Of a stretch of 64,000 bases of DNA, positions 47,625 through 59,105 are shown piece by piece (within the stretch, counting starts at the first letter, position 1; each line of letters starts with the position of its first letter). The position numbers were made by a program, and so were the translations under genes. The DNA comes from Macrostomum lignano. Taxonomy: Eukaryota. The DNA lies in NCBI GenBank assembly GCA_002269645.1, contig NIVC01002987.1, positions 1-64,000 of the forward strand, in the 5' to 3' direction. Below the pieces are notes generated by a model, which had not been told where the DNA came from, made no database searches, and was given only the letters and a program-made list of their open reading frames with translations.

Positions 47625-50600
47625 TCAAGAAGTGTTTTCCTCGCGTTCTATAATCTCCATTAGATCGTCCCACAGTTCTTCTTCAGACGGTGCTGCTGCT
47701 ACTGCTGCCGGTGGGAATGGCTCCTGTGTGAAAAAATCTTCCTCGAATGTTCGAGTTCTCCGAGCGTCCTTGCTTAGCAGCTCCGGACATTCCAATATCC
47801 CGACTGAGGAGGCGGCGCCAGCTGACATTGGCTGCACCAGAAACTGCTCTGGCTGCTGAGGATGAAGCTCGGGTTCTGCCGCAGTTGCAGCCCCACTATC
47901 AAAGATGTTGGGTCTTGAGTACACCTGCTGCTGCTGCTGATGGACCAGATTGATGGCCGGAGGTTGCACGCTTGGCCCCAGCCCAGCCTGAGGCTGGAGA
48001 ACCGGCTGCCATTGGACCAGGTTGATAGCCGGGGGCTTCACGAGCTGAACAACCGGCTGCGTCTGCTGCCCAGATACGCCACTGGCGCCGGCTTGCTTGC
48101 GACGCGGTTCTGTAATTATTAATTATTTATTAATTACAGTTACAGGAGGGGGCCGTAGCCTTGTAGTATAGCGCGGCGCTCTAATGTACCAGCGGCCCAG
48201 GCTCGATTCCAAGTTCAGTCGCATTAATTTAGGGAATCTCGGCTTGGCTCTGCTCGTGCAATTAACGCCCTTGAGGCCAACCCCCAAGGCACAGTGAAGT
48301 GTACATGCCTAACGATAAATAAAGTTAGGGCCGCTGTGGACTCCTGTGTGAGTGAGGATGGCGGAGGCCCAGTGTGAGAATGGCGGAGGCCCAGTGTGAG
48401 GATGGCGGAGGCCCAGTGTGAGGATGGCGGAGGCCCAGTGTAAGGATGGCAGAGGCCCAGTGTGAGGATGGCGGAGGCCCAGTGTAAGGATGGCAGAGGC
48501 CCAGTGTGAGGATGGCAGAGACCCAGTGTGAGGATGGCGGAGGCCCAGTGTAAGGATAGGCCCAGTGTGAGGATAGGCCCAGTGTGAGGATAGGCCCAGT
48601 GTGAGGATAGGCCCAGTGTGAGGATAGCAGAGTCTCAGTGTGAGGATGGCAGAGTCTCAGTGTGAGGATGGCGGAGGCCCAGTGTGACGATGGCGGAGGC
48701 CCAGTGTGAGGATGGCGGAGGCCCAGTGTAAGGATGGCAGAGTCTCAGTGTGAGGATGGCGGAGGCCCAGTGTGAGAATGGCGGAGGCCCAGTGTAAGGA
48801 TGGCAGAGTCTCAGTGTAAGGATGGCGGAGGCCCAGTGTGAGGATGGCGGAGGCCCAGTGTGAGGATGGCGGAGGCCCAGTGTGAGGATGGCGAAAGCCC
48901 AGTGTGAGTACGGCGGAGGCTCAGTGTGAGTATGGCGGAGGCTCAGTGTGAGGATGGCGGAGGCTCAGTGTGAGGATGGCGGAGGCTCAGTGTGAGGATG
49001 GCGGAGGGCCAGTGTGAGGATGGCGGAGGCCCAGTGTGAGGATGACGGAGGCCCAGTGTGAGGATGGCGGAGGCCCAGTGTGAGGATGACGGAGGCCCAG
49101 TGTGAGGATGACGGAGGCCCAGTGTGAGGATGGCGAAAGCCCAGTGTGAGTACGGCGGAGGCTCAGTGTGAGTATGGCGGAGGCTCAGTGTGAGGATGGC
49201 GGAGGCTCAGTGTGAGGATGGCGGAGGCTCAGTGTGAGGATGGCGGAGGGCCAGTGTGAGGATGGCGGAGGCCCAGTGTGAGGATGACGGAGGCCCAGTG
49301 TGAGGATGGCGGAGGCCCAGTGTGAGGATGACGGAGGCCCAGTGTGAGGATGGCGGAGGCCCAGTGTGAGGATGCCGGAGGCCCAGTGTGAGGATGGCGG
49401 AGGCTCAGTGTGAGGATGGCGAAGGCCCAGTGTGAGGATGGCGCAGGCTCAGTGTGAGGATGGCGGAGGCCCAGTGTGAGGATGGCGGAGGCCCAGTGTG
49501 AGGATCTGAGAAAGTTTCCGAACAAACTGAGACATAGAGAAAGGGTTGGAATCAGGTTTCTCTTGTTTTCCTGCTAACACACGGAAGAGTTACCGCGATG
49601 CTCGAATGCAGAGGACGAGCTCGCACGGGGCAGACTGAGTTGAATTGGATTCTGCTGGCTATCGCAGCTGCCGCAGCCCCATCTGAAGCGGATTGGCTCG
49701 CTTTCTGCTGCTGGCTCACTTTGAGTTTCCATGGCAACAAAGAATCGGCAAGAGAAGCAATCCAAATTGCGGCTCTCAATGATGTCAATCAGTTCAGCCG
49801 GGATGCAACTTCCAACAGGTTCAATCTCCAGCAGGTGCTGAAATGATAAATATTGTACTCATTAACGATACGAGCTAAATAAAGCAACAGACATGCCAGA
49901 CTGAAGAGAAGCTGTAAAAACTCGAACTCTCACCCCAGTGTGCCGTTTCACCGGGCAGTCAAACAGTCTGAAGTCGTCAATTTGACAGGTGACCTTCAAA
50001 TTTTTGCCGCCTAAAATATCGATTTTTATTTAATAGCGTTACTAATCTATAAAAAATTTATAGCGAAACTTTGTACTGCTCACCGCTTATCGCATCTCTC
50101 AGCAGGATGGCCAGATGGGTACTTCCAAATTTAGTACAGCAGGGCTCCGCCACAGCGGTCAGAATTTTCTCCACTGACACTCTCGGTGCTGAATTGGGGC
50201 GGGATTGGATGTGAGTGACAATGTGATTGCATGTGAGTGACAATGTGATTGCATGTGAGTGACAATGTGATTGCATGTGAGTGACAATGTGATTGCATGT
50301 GAGTGACAATGTGATTGTATGTGAGTGACAATGTGATTGCATGTGAGTGACAATGTGATTGCATGTGAGTGACAATGTGATTGGATGTGAGTGACAATGT
50401 GATTGGATGTGAGTGACAATGTGATTGGATGTGAGTGACAATGTGATTGCATGTGAGTGACAATGTGATTGGATGTGAGTGACAAAGTGATTGGATGTGA
50501 GTGACAAAGTGATTGGATGTGAGTGACAAAGTGATTGGATGTGAGTGACAAAGTGATTGGATGTGAGTGGCAAAGTGATTGGATGTGAGTGACAATGTGA

Positions 50601-53118
50601 TTGCATGTGAGTGACAATGTGATTGCATGTGAGTGACAATGTGATTGCATGTGAGTGACAAAGTGATTGGATGTGAGTGACAAAGTGATTGGATGTGAGT
50701 GACAAAGTGATTGCATGTGAGTGACAAAGTGATTGCATGTGAGTGACAAAGTGATTGGATGAGTTACAATGATTGCATGTGAGTGACAATGTGATTGGAT
50801 GTGAGTGACAATGTGATTGGATGTGAGTGACAATGTGATTGGATGTGAGTGACAATGTGATTGGATGTGAGTGACAATGTGATTGGATGTGAGTGACAAT
50901 GTGATTGGATGTGAGAGACAATGTGATTGGATGTGAGTGACAATGATTGGATGTGAGTGACAATGCTTGGATGTGAGTGACAATGCTTGGATGTGAGTGA
51001 CAATGCTTGGATGTGAGTGACAATGATTGGATGTGAGTGACAATGTGATTGGATGTGAGCGAAAATGTGATTGGATGCGAGCGATAATGGGATTGGATGC
51101 AAGTGACAATGATTGGACGAGTAAAGCGAAGTGATTAGACGAGCGACAAAGTGATTGACGAATGGCATAAAGTGATTAGACGAGTGACATAAAGTGATTA
51201 GACGAGTGACATAAAGTGATTAGATGAGTGACATAAAGTGATTAGACGAGTGACATGAAGTGATTAGACGAGTGACATGAAGTGATTAGACGAGTGACAT
51301 GAAGTGATTAGACGAGTGACATGAAGTGATTAGACGAGTGACATGAAGTGATTAGACGAGTGACAAAGTGACAGCCGCTTACAAACGGACTGGGAGGCGG
51401 CGGCGCCGTGGGCCGGTCCGACGCCCTGGAATTCCGTTGTCGATGCCTCAGTGCGGTTATCTACCTCGGGTAGGTAGAAATTGATTCGAAGTTTTTTTAC
51501 TGTTTTTGCCGAAAAATTTACGCCGGGATCTGAAATTCAAAAATAAAAACTCGTGCTTCTTAAAACACAGGAGAAACGAGCAAAGGAAATTCACCTGACA
51601 TACCTGCAATATTTATATTGAAGTTTTCAAGAGTCGCCTTTTTACTAGCCATCGCCTCTCTCCACTTACTCTGCTGACAGGACCGCACCATCACGCGATC
51701 CAGACTGCAACGGGATATGACAGTGAAAAATAAAAATGTCTGTCTGATCTAATCCTCTTAACACCAATCCAGATCCTCCTCCTCCCCACTAATCCATATC
51801 CCCCTCCCCACTAATCCAGATCCCCCTCCCCACTAATCCATATCCCCCTCCCCACCAATCCAGATCCCCTCCCCACCAATCCAGATCCCCCTCCCCATCA
51901 ATCCAGATCCCCCTCCCCATCAATCCAGACCCCCTTTCCCTCCAATCCAGACCCCCTTCCCCACCAATCCATACCCCCTTCCCCATCAATCCAGATCCCC
52001 CTCCCCACCAATCCGGATCCTCCTCCCCACCAATCCAGATTCTCCTCCCCACCAATCCAGATCCTCCTCCCCACCAATCCAGATCCTCCTCCCCACCAAT
52101 CCAGATCCCCCTCCCCACCAATCCAGATCCCCTTTCCCTCCAATCCAGATCCCCTTTCCCTCCAATCCAGATCCCCTTCCCCACCAATCCAGATCCCCCC
52201 TCCCCATCAATCCAGATCCCCGTCCTCACCAATCCAGACCCCCCTCCCCATCAATCCAGATCCCCTTCCTCACCAATCCAGATCCCTCCCCATCAATCCA
52301 GACCCCCCTCCCCATCAATCCAGATCCCCTTCCTTACCAATCCAGATCCCTCCCCATCAATCCAGATCCCCTTCCCCACCAATCCAGCTCCCCTTCCCCA
52401 CCAATCCAGATCCCCCCTCCCCACCAATCCAGCTCCCCTTCCCCACCAATCCAGATCCCCTTCCCCACCAATCCAGATCCCCCTCCCCATCAATCCATAT
52501 CCCCCTCCCCATCAATCCAGATTCCCTTCCCCATCAATCCAGATCCCACTCCCAACCAATCCAGATCCCCCTCCCCATTAATCCAGATCCCCTTCCCCAC
52601 CAATCCAGATCCCCCTCCCCACCAATCCAGACCCCCCTCCCCATCAATCCGGATCCCCTTTCTCACCAATCCAGATCCCCCTCCCCATCAATCCAGATCC
52701 CCTTCCTCACCAATCCAGACCCCCTTTCCCTCCAATCCAGATCTCATTCCTCGACCATTTAGATGCCACAGCCAGCTTACAGCTTTTAAACAAGCCAAGT
52801 GATTCATGCTCACCGGACCAGCGCTTTCTCTTCGCCAGCAGGAATAGTAACAACCTTCTTGAATATGCCATCAGTGCAGCTGTTGCCATCCAATTGATAC
52901 GGGTGATTCTCGCCATCTACACTAACCAAAACAGCTATAACTGTGCACTGAAGTAAGCTTGATGGACCTGCGACCTCGCCTAATTTTCGCCGAACAGCCA
53001 ATGTCACGCACTGACCTTCCAATTGGCCTCGCAAGTACAGAGTCTCATTTAAATTTCGAGTGCGGGCATTGCCAAGTGGACAAGTGGGTGCAGGCTGCAC
53101 TTCAATGCGCATATACAT
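47625..53118 (-). CDS. Highly divergent Rel/NF-kB-family protein (RHD-N + IPT + Gln/Pro-rich and acidic tail, no ankyrin repeats), 7 exons, 487 aa
   Basis: Exons 53118..52814, 51704..51604, 51529..51383, 50188..50084, 50010..49934, 49837..49594, 48109..47625. All GT-AG, phases 2,1,1,1,0,1, total 1464 nt, no internal stop. Rel-like blocks: YMRIEVQP; IAVLVSVDGENHPYQLDGNSCTDGIF (cf. RelA HPHELVGKDCRDG); LVRLDRVMVRSCQQSKWREAM; VKKLRINFYLPE; CTKFGSTHLAILLRD; FFVAME..ESEPIRFRW; PRRKQ. Confidence 0.75.
48147..48325 (+). mobile_element. tRNA-derived SINE-like element in the last intron of the Rel-like gene
   Basis: GGGGGCCGTAGCCTTGTAGTATAGCGCGGCGCTCT...GGCCCAGGCTCGATTCC (A/B-box-like head), a unique body and an A-rich end GATAAATAAA. 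Confidence 0.5.
48350..49505. repeat. 22-bp minisatellite GTGTGAGGATGGCGGAGGCCCA in the last Rel-like intron
   Basis: About 50 copies, with a short block of shorter GTGTGAGGATAGGCCCA units at ~48550-48620. Confidence 0.97.
50200..51370. repeat. ~22-bp minisatellite GTGAGTGACAATGTGATTG(C/G)AT filling Rel-like intron 3
   Basis: Explains the HCHSHPITLSLTSNHIVTHIQS ORFs. The unit drifts to GACGAGTGACATGAAGTGATTA near 51170. Confidence 0.97.
51760..52740. repeat. ~20-22-bp C-rich minisatellite CCAATCCAGATCCCCCTCCCCA filling Rel-like intron 1
   Basis: Explains the GIWIGGEGDLDWWG ORFs. Confidence 0.96.
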
Positions 53119-54354
53119 TTATGTAGGTAGCATGCAGTCAATAGAAATTTTTTTTAAAGTCCATTGGTTAAAATATTATTTTCAATGCTAAAATTGATAT
53201 ACATTGAATATGCCATAATGTAAAATTACTTCTATATTTATATAGCCTAGGCCTATGGTTGTCATCAATAACATTTATAATCATCTATGTGCAACCTCCT
53301 CAATTTAGTTTTAAAACGTGACTTATTTATTTGGTCTATCTGCAACTTGGTAGTTGGTTCTAATAATGGTATAGTTGTGACTTTCTTTTGCTTTCTTTCT
53401 CTTTTGTTGGTTTTACCATTTATTGTTTTATTTTCTTCCTTGCTTCTTTTTTCCTGCTTACATTGATCATTTATTGTTCTCTTTACTTATTATTATTATT
53501 ATTGTACTTATTTTTATTATTGATCTACTCTAGAAAGGGTTTCTTATACAAAAAATGATGGCATATTTACTATGACATACTTAAAATGATTTTTAAATAA
53601 AACATTGGCATGCAGAGTTGGAATGCACAAAAAATGGCACCAAGTTCAAGTTTGGCATAAATGGATATATCTAAATTTTGATTAAGTAAAACCTTTTTAT
53701 AGAGTTTTGCTGTAGCAGTGGATATGGCTATAGGAAGTTATTACAGATATGGTTATAGGAACACATATTTCCTATATCTAGTTCTTGTATTTAGTAATAC
53801 CACTCAACTGAGACTTAAGACAATTGAAGCTGTTGATTTAATAGGGGTAAAGATGAATGAATGTTCAAAGTGAGGGAACTTTTAAGTCCTTGGAATTTAG
53901 GACTCAAGCATCAACATAGATTTTCAATGCCATGTCCACATTGTGGTTGAGTGATAGGGGCTAAAGTTAAGATAATTTTGTCACTTTCAAAGGCGACCTA
54001 AGACCCTACATGGATTTGGGGGCTTAAGCAATAGAGAGTTTTGATGCCATGTGCACATTCTAGTTGGGTGGTGGAGACTAAAGTTAATATAAATATTTTC
54101 AATTTCAAGGGGAACTCTTAAGTTCCTAGAATTAAAGACTAGGATTGGGTTAGGGTAGTAAGGGCTAAATTTAGGATGAATTTTTTCATTTTTAGTATGA
54201 AATGTCAATGTCAAGGCTTATGGGGGGATTGCTAAGATATAAAGGCTGAGGTCAGAAGCTACATATAGTTTATTCAAAAAAATTTTACATTCTTTGTTGG
54301 CTGGCTCCTAACAGGGAATGCTGATAAAAGAAGCAAGTCAAAAATAAAAGATAA

Positions 54355-54965
54355 GTCATGTCAAACATAAAAGAAGCATCATGTCAAACATAAATAAGCA
54401 TCATGTCAAACATAAAGAAGCATCATGTCAAACATAAAGAAGCATCATGTCAAACATAAAGAAGCATCATGTCAAACATAAATAAGCATCATGTCAAACA
54501 TAAAAAAGAATCATGTCAAACATAAAGAAGCATCATGTCAAACATAAATAAGCATCATGTCAAACATAAAAAAGAATCATGTCAAACATAAAGAAGCATC
54601 ATGTCAAACATAAATAAGCATCATGTCAAACATAAAGAAGCATCATGTCAAACATAAAGAAGCATCATGTCAAACATAAAGAAGCATCATGTCAAACATA
54701 AATAAGCATCATGTCAAACATAAAGAAGCATCATGTCAAACATAAAGAAGCATCATGTCAAACATAAAGAAGCATCATGTCAAACATAAAGAAGCATCAT
54801 GTCAAACATAAAGAAGCATCATGTCAAACATAAAGAAGCATCATGTCAAACATAAAGAAGCATCATGTCAAACATAAAGAAGCATCATGTCAAACATAAA
54901 GAAGCATCATGTCAAACATAAAGAAGTATCATGTCAAATGTAAAGAAGCATCATGAGCATGTCAA
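54355..54965. repeat. 22-bp minisatellite CATGTCAAACATAAAGAAGCAT
   Basis: About 27 copies inside the AT-rich block. Confidence 0.97.
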
Positions 54966-57900
54966 ACATAAAAGATGCACCATGTAAAACTGTGACTCTT
55001 GGGGAGACTTACTAAAATGTCAAGGTTTATGGGGGAAAATTGCTAAAAAGTCAAGGCTCTAGGATAAGGGTTAAGGTTGGGGTTAGGGTTAAGATTAGGG
55101 CTAGGTTCAGCTTTTAAGGTTGGAGTTGGGACCAAGGATGATATATAACAACTGGATTATTAAACTACTCTATCTAAAAGGGTTGAATATGCCTAAACCC
55201 TTGCTTCTTCCTCATTGGCTGCTATTTTTATCTCTTTTGCTATATTGACCTAAATATAAACATATTGCCTGGTTTGAAAATTAGCTAGGACAGGAGGGCT
55301 TGTAGGCCATGGTAGGTGGATAGATAAATCTAGGATGTATTTGAAAGTTACTTATATACTTGTATTATCCTAAGTGTATATTAAACCCCTAGCCAATGAG
55401 TATGAAAGAGAGGATTTGTAGGTCAAAAATTAAGCATGCTTTAATGCCAGTCTGACAATCCAATTGTTATATATTATCCTTGGTTATGACTAGATTAGGG
55501 TTAAGATTAGGGTTAGGTTTAGGACTAGGATTTTAGGGTTAGATTAGTTGAAATTGCTTAGAGTTCAAGGCTCACAGGGGGATTGTTAAGATGTGAAGGC
55601 TTTAAATGCAATTTATTAAAAGATTGTATTTTATTTTTTGTTGGCTCCCCAACAAAGATGCAAATTGCTATTCTATCTGCTAAAACTCATCAATCTTTCT
55701 ATTTAATCTAATATAGTATTCATTGTTAAACTAAATATAATTTTAAAGAAAATAATTAAACATGCAAAAGTAAAAAAGTGCCTATTATCCTCCCTATAGG
55801 AAAAATTTGTAAAACTGTGGACAGTGTCTAGTGCACTTTCAAAAATTTTCTAAAGTGCAGTGCATACACAGGTGTGCAACGCCTACGCACGCTGCCCTTT
55901 CCTATTGGCTGCTGCTCTAGCAAATAAATATACATGGAAAAGGGTCTAATACCTTTGTGGAAGGGGCCTATACACTTGTTATTTCTCATATAATGCTTAG
56001 AGATGTTCCAAAATTTCAATTTTGATTTTCCAAAATTTGGAATTTCAATTTTGAAATAATTCGGAAGTCAAAATTTTGGAAGAGTGTAAGAGTGACTAAA
56101 AATAAACTAATTTGTGCTACATTTACATGTATTTTGTTTTGCATAAGCAGTAAATCAAGAGTAAAAAAGTGAGTTTTTGTCATAGTAAACTTTGTTTTTC
56201 TGAATTTTGATTTTGGAAAATTTTAATTATGATTTTAAAAAGTTAGTGAATTTTGATTTTGAGAAAATGATTTCTAATAATCCTAAAGCACAATAAAATA
56301 ATTTGACTATTTTTCTAAAGTGCACATCTGCAAGTTTTCAACATTTATTCCAATAGGGATAATCCTTATAATTAATTTTTTTCTATTTTTATTAAGCCCA
56401 CTTATTTTTAAACTATAATTTATATAAGGGCCTAACTTAAAACTCAAGTTAAAGTCAAAATACCTGGTAGATCTAGGTCTATTAGATATTGTCATTCCTT
56501 TCAACTTTATATTCTATTTGTTTCTTCTATTTTAATTCATTTAGCTTCCCTTTAATAGTTCTATAGATTTTGATAAAGCAGTGCTTATCTTTATAGTATC
56601 ATATGAATAATTTCTATCTTATTCCTGCATTATTGTGAGAATAATTTTCTGCTTAATCTACATGGCATATGGACAAGATAGCAATCCTATTGATCTATAT
56701 AATATGCTATAAGAATAATTTCTGTCTTAGGCCTATCCATATGGCATACTAATATAATAAGATGGTTGATTTTCCTACAAATATTATAGGGAATAATTAA
56801 TGTCTTATCCTTATGGCACAATGACAAAAAAGCCTAGTCTACCTTATCTTTCTATAGATATATTATAGGCCTATAGAATAATTTAGTTTGTTACTTAGTT
56901 GTTAGGAGTTAGACCTAGGCCTATGGTCTAATTGCAATATAATAATATAACTTTGCTTGAAGATTTGTTTTATAGAAATAAAAATTAAAAATAATAAATA
57001 ATAAAGCAAAGGTATATATAGAAGATAAGACAGCTATATTGTTAGTATGTCATGTGGATAAAAAGAAAATTATTCTCAAAGTATATATAGATCAAACAAT
57101 AGGATGGGCTAGCTATCTTGCCAATGTGCCATATAGATAAGCAAAAAATTATCCCCACAGTACTATAAGAGTAAGACAAATTATTCTTATGGTACCGTGG
57201 GGATAAACACTACCTTTTGATAAATCCATGCCATTTATTAATCATTACTCAATTTAACTATCAGAATAAATAATTATGCCAATTGCTAATGTTTTAGGGC
57301 TACAGCATTTCTGTCTAAATCATTTTGAGTCATAGGGGCCAAGTCTCATGATGACATGATTGAGTTGGGAGCTTGTATCAGAAATCAAAAACTTATTAAT
57401 TTATGTTGCACTAAAGATTAAAATTTAAATTATAAACTTATTGTGTTGAGCCAGCCAAACTAGGCTAGACACATAGCATAGGCCTAGGCCTATCTGTGCC
57501 TGAGGCTGGATACCGAGTTCTGTTTTTATATCAACTGAGTCCTAAGCCACACTACAATGTTACATTGCCAACATTACTAATAATGCCCTTTACTGCCTAA
57601 GGCATGCAATGATATTGGTAATGTCCTTACAAATAAAATAATTAACGTATACAAAAAGTTATAGTAACTGAATTGTCACTAATAATATAATAACAGTTTT
57701 AATGATATCCATAACCAATACCATCATACTATATTCTATAAGAAGATGTTTTATCACTTATATTATCAGCCCGGTCACGATCGCGGCTGAGGCAAGATCG
57801 CACTGCGAAGGAGCACACCTGCTGCTTCGTAGAAAAAAATAGATTTAAACTTTGCGATGAGTTGTCAAAATGTTTAACAAATATATTTTATAAGAAAGTC

Positions 57901-58178
57901 TAAAAAAGCTCGAATAAATGTCGTATACACGCTTTTTATTTTTCCATTTTTGTGTTTAATTTAGAATATCTTACTAATTATACTAAACGGAAGTCGGAAG
58001 GCTACTCTCGCTTTTTATGTTACCACTGGACTGTACTATAGTACAATAATAATACATTATTGCATTATTATCTACTATAATCAATAAATAAATTTACTTT
58101 CGGTATCTTTCTGTAAACATATGTTAAACATATCATTTTACCAAGGGCTAGGACCGCACAGCAGTATGTACTATAGCA

Positions 58179-59105
58179 ACAACAACAACAACAGAGAATA
58201 CGCAGTTAGCGTCACAGGGCGCGCTTCAAGGCCAGGTCGCGAATAAACGCCACGCCGCCGGCCGAATCCGGGGCGCCGGCGTCAGCCAGCAGGCAGTCGA
58301 CACGAAACGCCGAGTGCGCGCCTGCCCTGCCATAGATTGGCCCAGCAACTGGGGATCTGGGAGGCTGGTGGCCCAGCAACTGAGGATCTGGGAGGCTGGT
58401 GGCCCAGCAACTGAGGATCTGGGGAGGCCAGGGTGGCCTGCAGCGTTAGCAGCAGCACCTCCTGCACCGGCTCTGGGCAGTACGACTCAGCGCGGATGAT
58501 GTGGCCTGCCAGCTGGATCGTCACCGACGGCGCAACAGGTCGCTTGGACGGACCAGGCCGGCGCGGCGATACAAAGCCGCGTTGCATGTGGTCACTCGCT
58601 CGTAGACGATCTTGAAGGCGGCGCGCAGCAGGCCAGCGTGCGCCGCGTCAACTTGTTGCTCGAGTGACTCCGTCAGCGTCCAGGTCTCGGCGTTGTACAA
58701 CAGGACGGTCTCGATCACCGCCTGGAACAGCGCCGCCCTCTGGCGGTCGGATAAGGCCTCGGACTGCAGGACTGCCCTCGCAGAAAGAAAGGCAGCCCAG
58801 GCAAGCCCGCAGCGACGCCGCAAATCCTCGCGGACGCCGGGAACCAGACCGCCGAGGTAGACGAACTGCTGACAACGTGGAAGCTCTGTCACCTGTCCAT
58901 CAGCGCCTCGGCACAAAATCGATGTCGTCCGGCACGCAGAGCACAACAGTCCTTCTGCGTGTTGACCACCAGGCCGACACTCGCCGCAAAAGCAACTAGC
59001 TTGTCCAGTTGTCGCTGGGCGCCCTCGACAGGAGGACAGCAGGGCGAGTTCATCGGCGTAGCCAAGCACGCTGAGACGCCTCTCCGGTTGACGTCCAACC
59101 GGAGA
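58179..59105 (-). mobile_element. 5'-truncated RTE-clade LINE (RT C-terminal part, frameshifted) with microsatellite tail and probable TSD
   Basis: LGYADELALLS (YADD-like), QRQLDKLVAFAASVGLVVNTQK, FVYLGGLV, RRRCGLAWAAF, LFQAVIETVLLYNAETWTL. (AAC)n tail at 58179-58192. TACTATAGCA (58169-58178) vs TACTACAGCA (59106-59115). Confidence 0.88.

Noticed and set aside
50058-51168. His/Cys-rich ORFs resembling a metal-binding protein
   Set aside because: 22-bp array in Rel-like intron 3. Only 50188-50084 is exonic.
51595-51601. ATG TCA G micro-exon as the start of an IPT-only gene
   Set aside because: A better model uses the GCAG|GTATGT donor at 51604 and the acceptor at 51529, linking to RHD-like upstream exons in frame.
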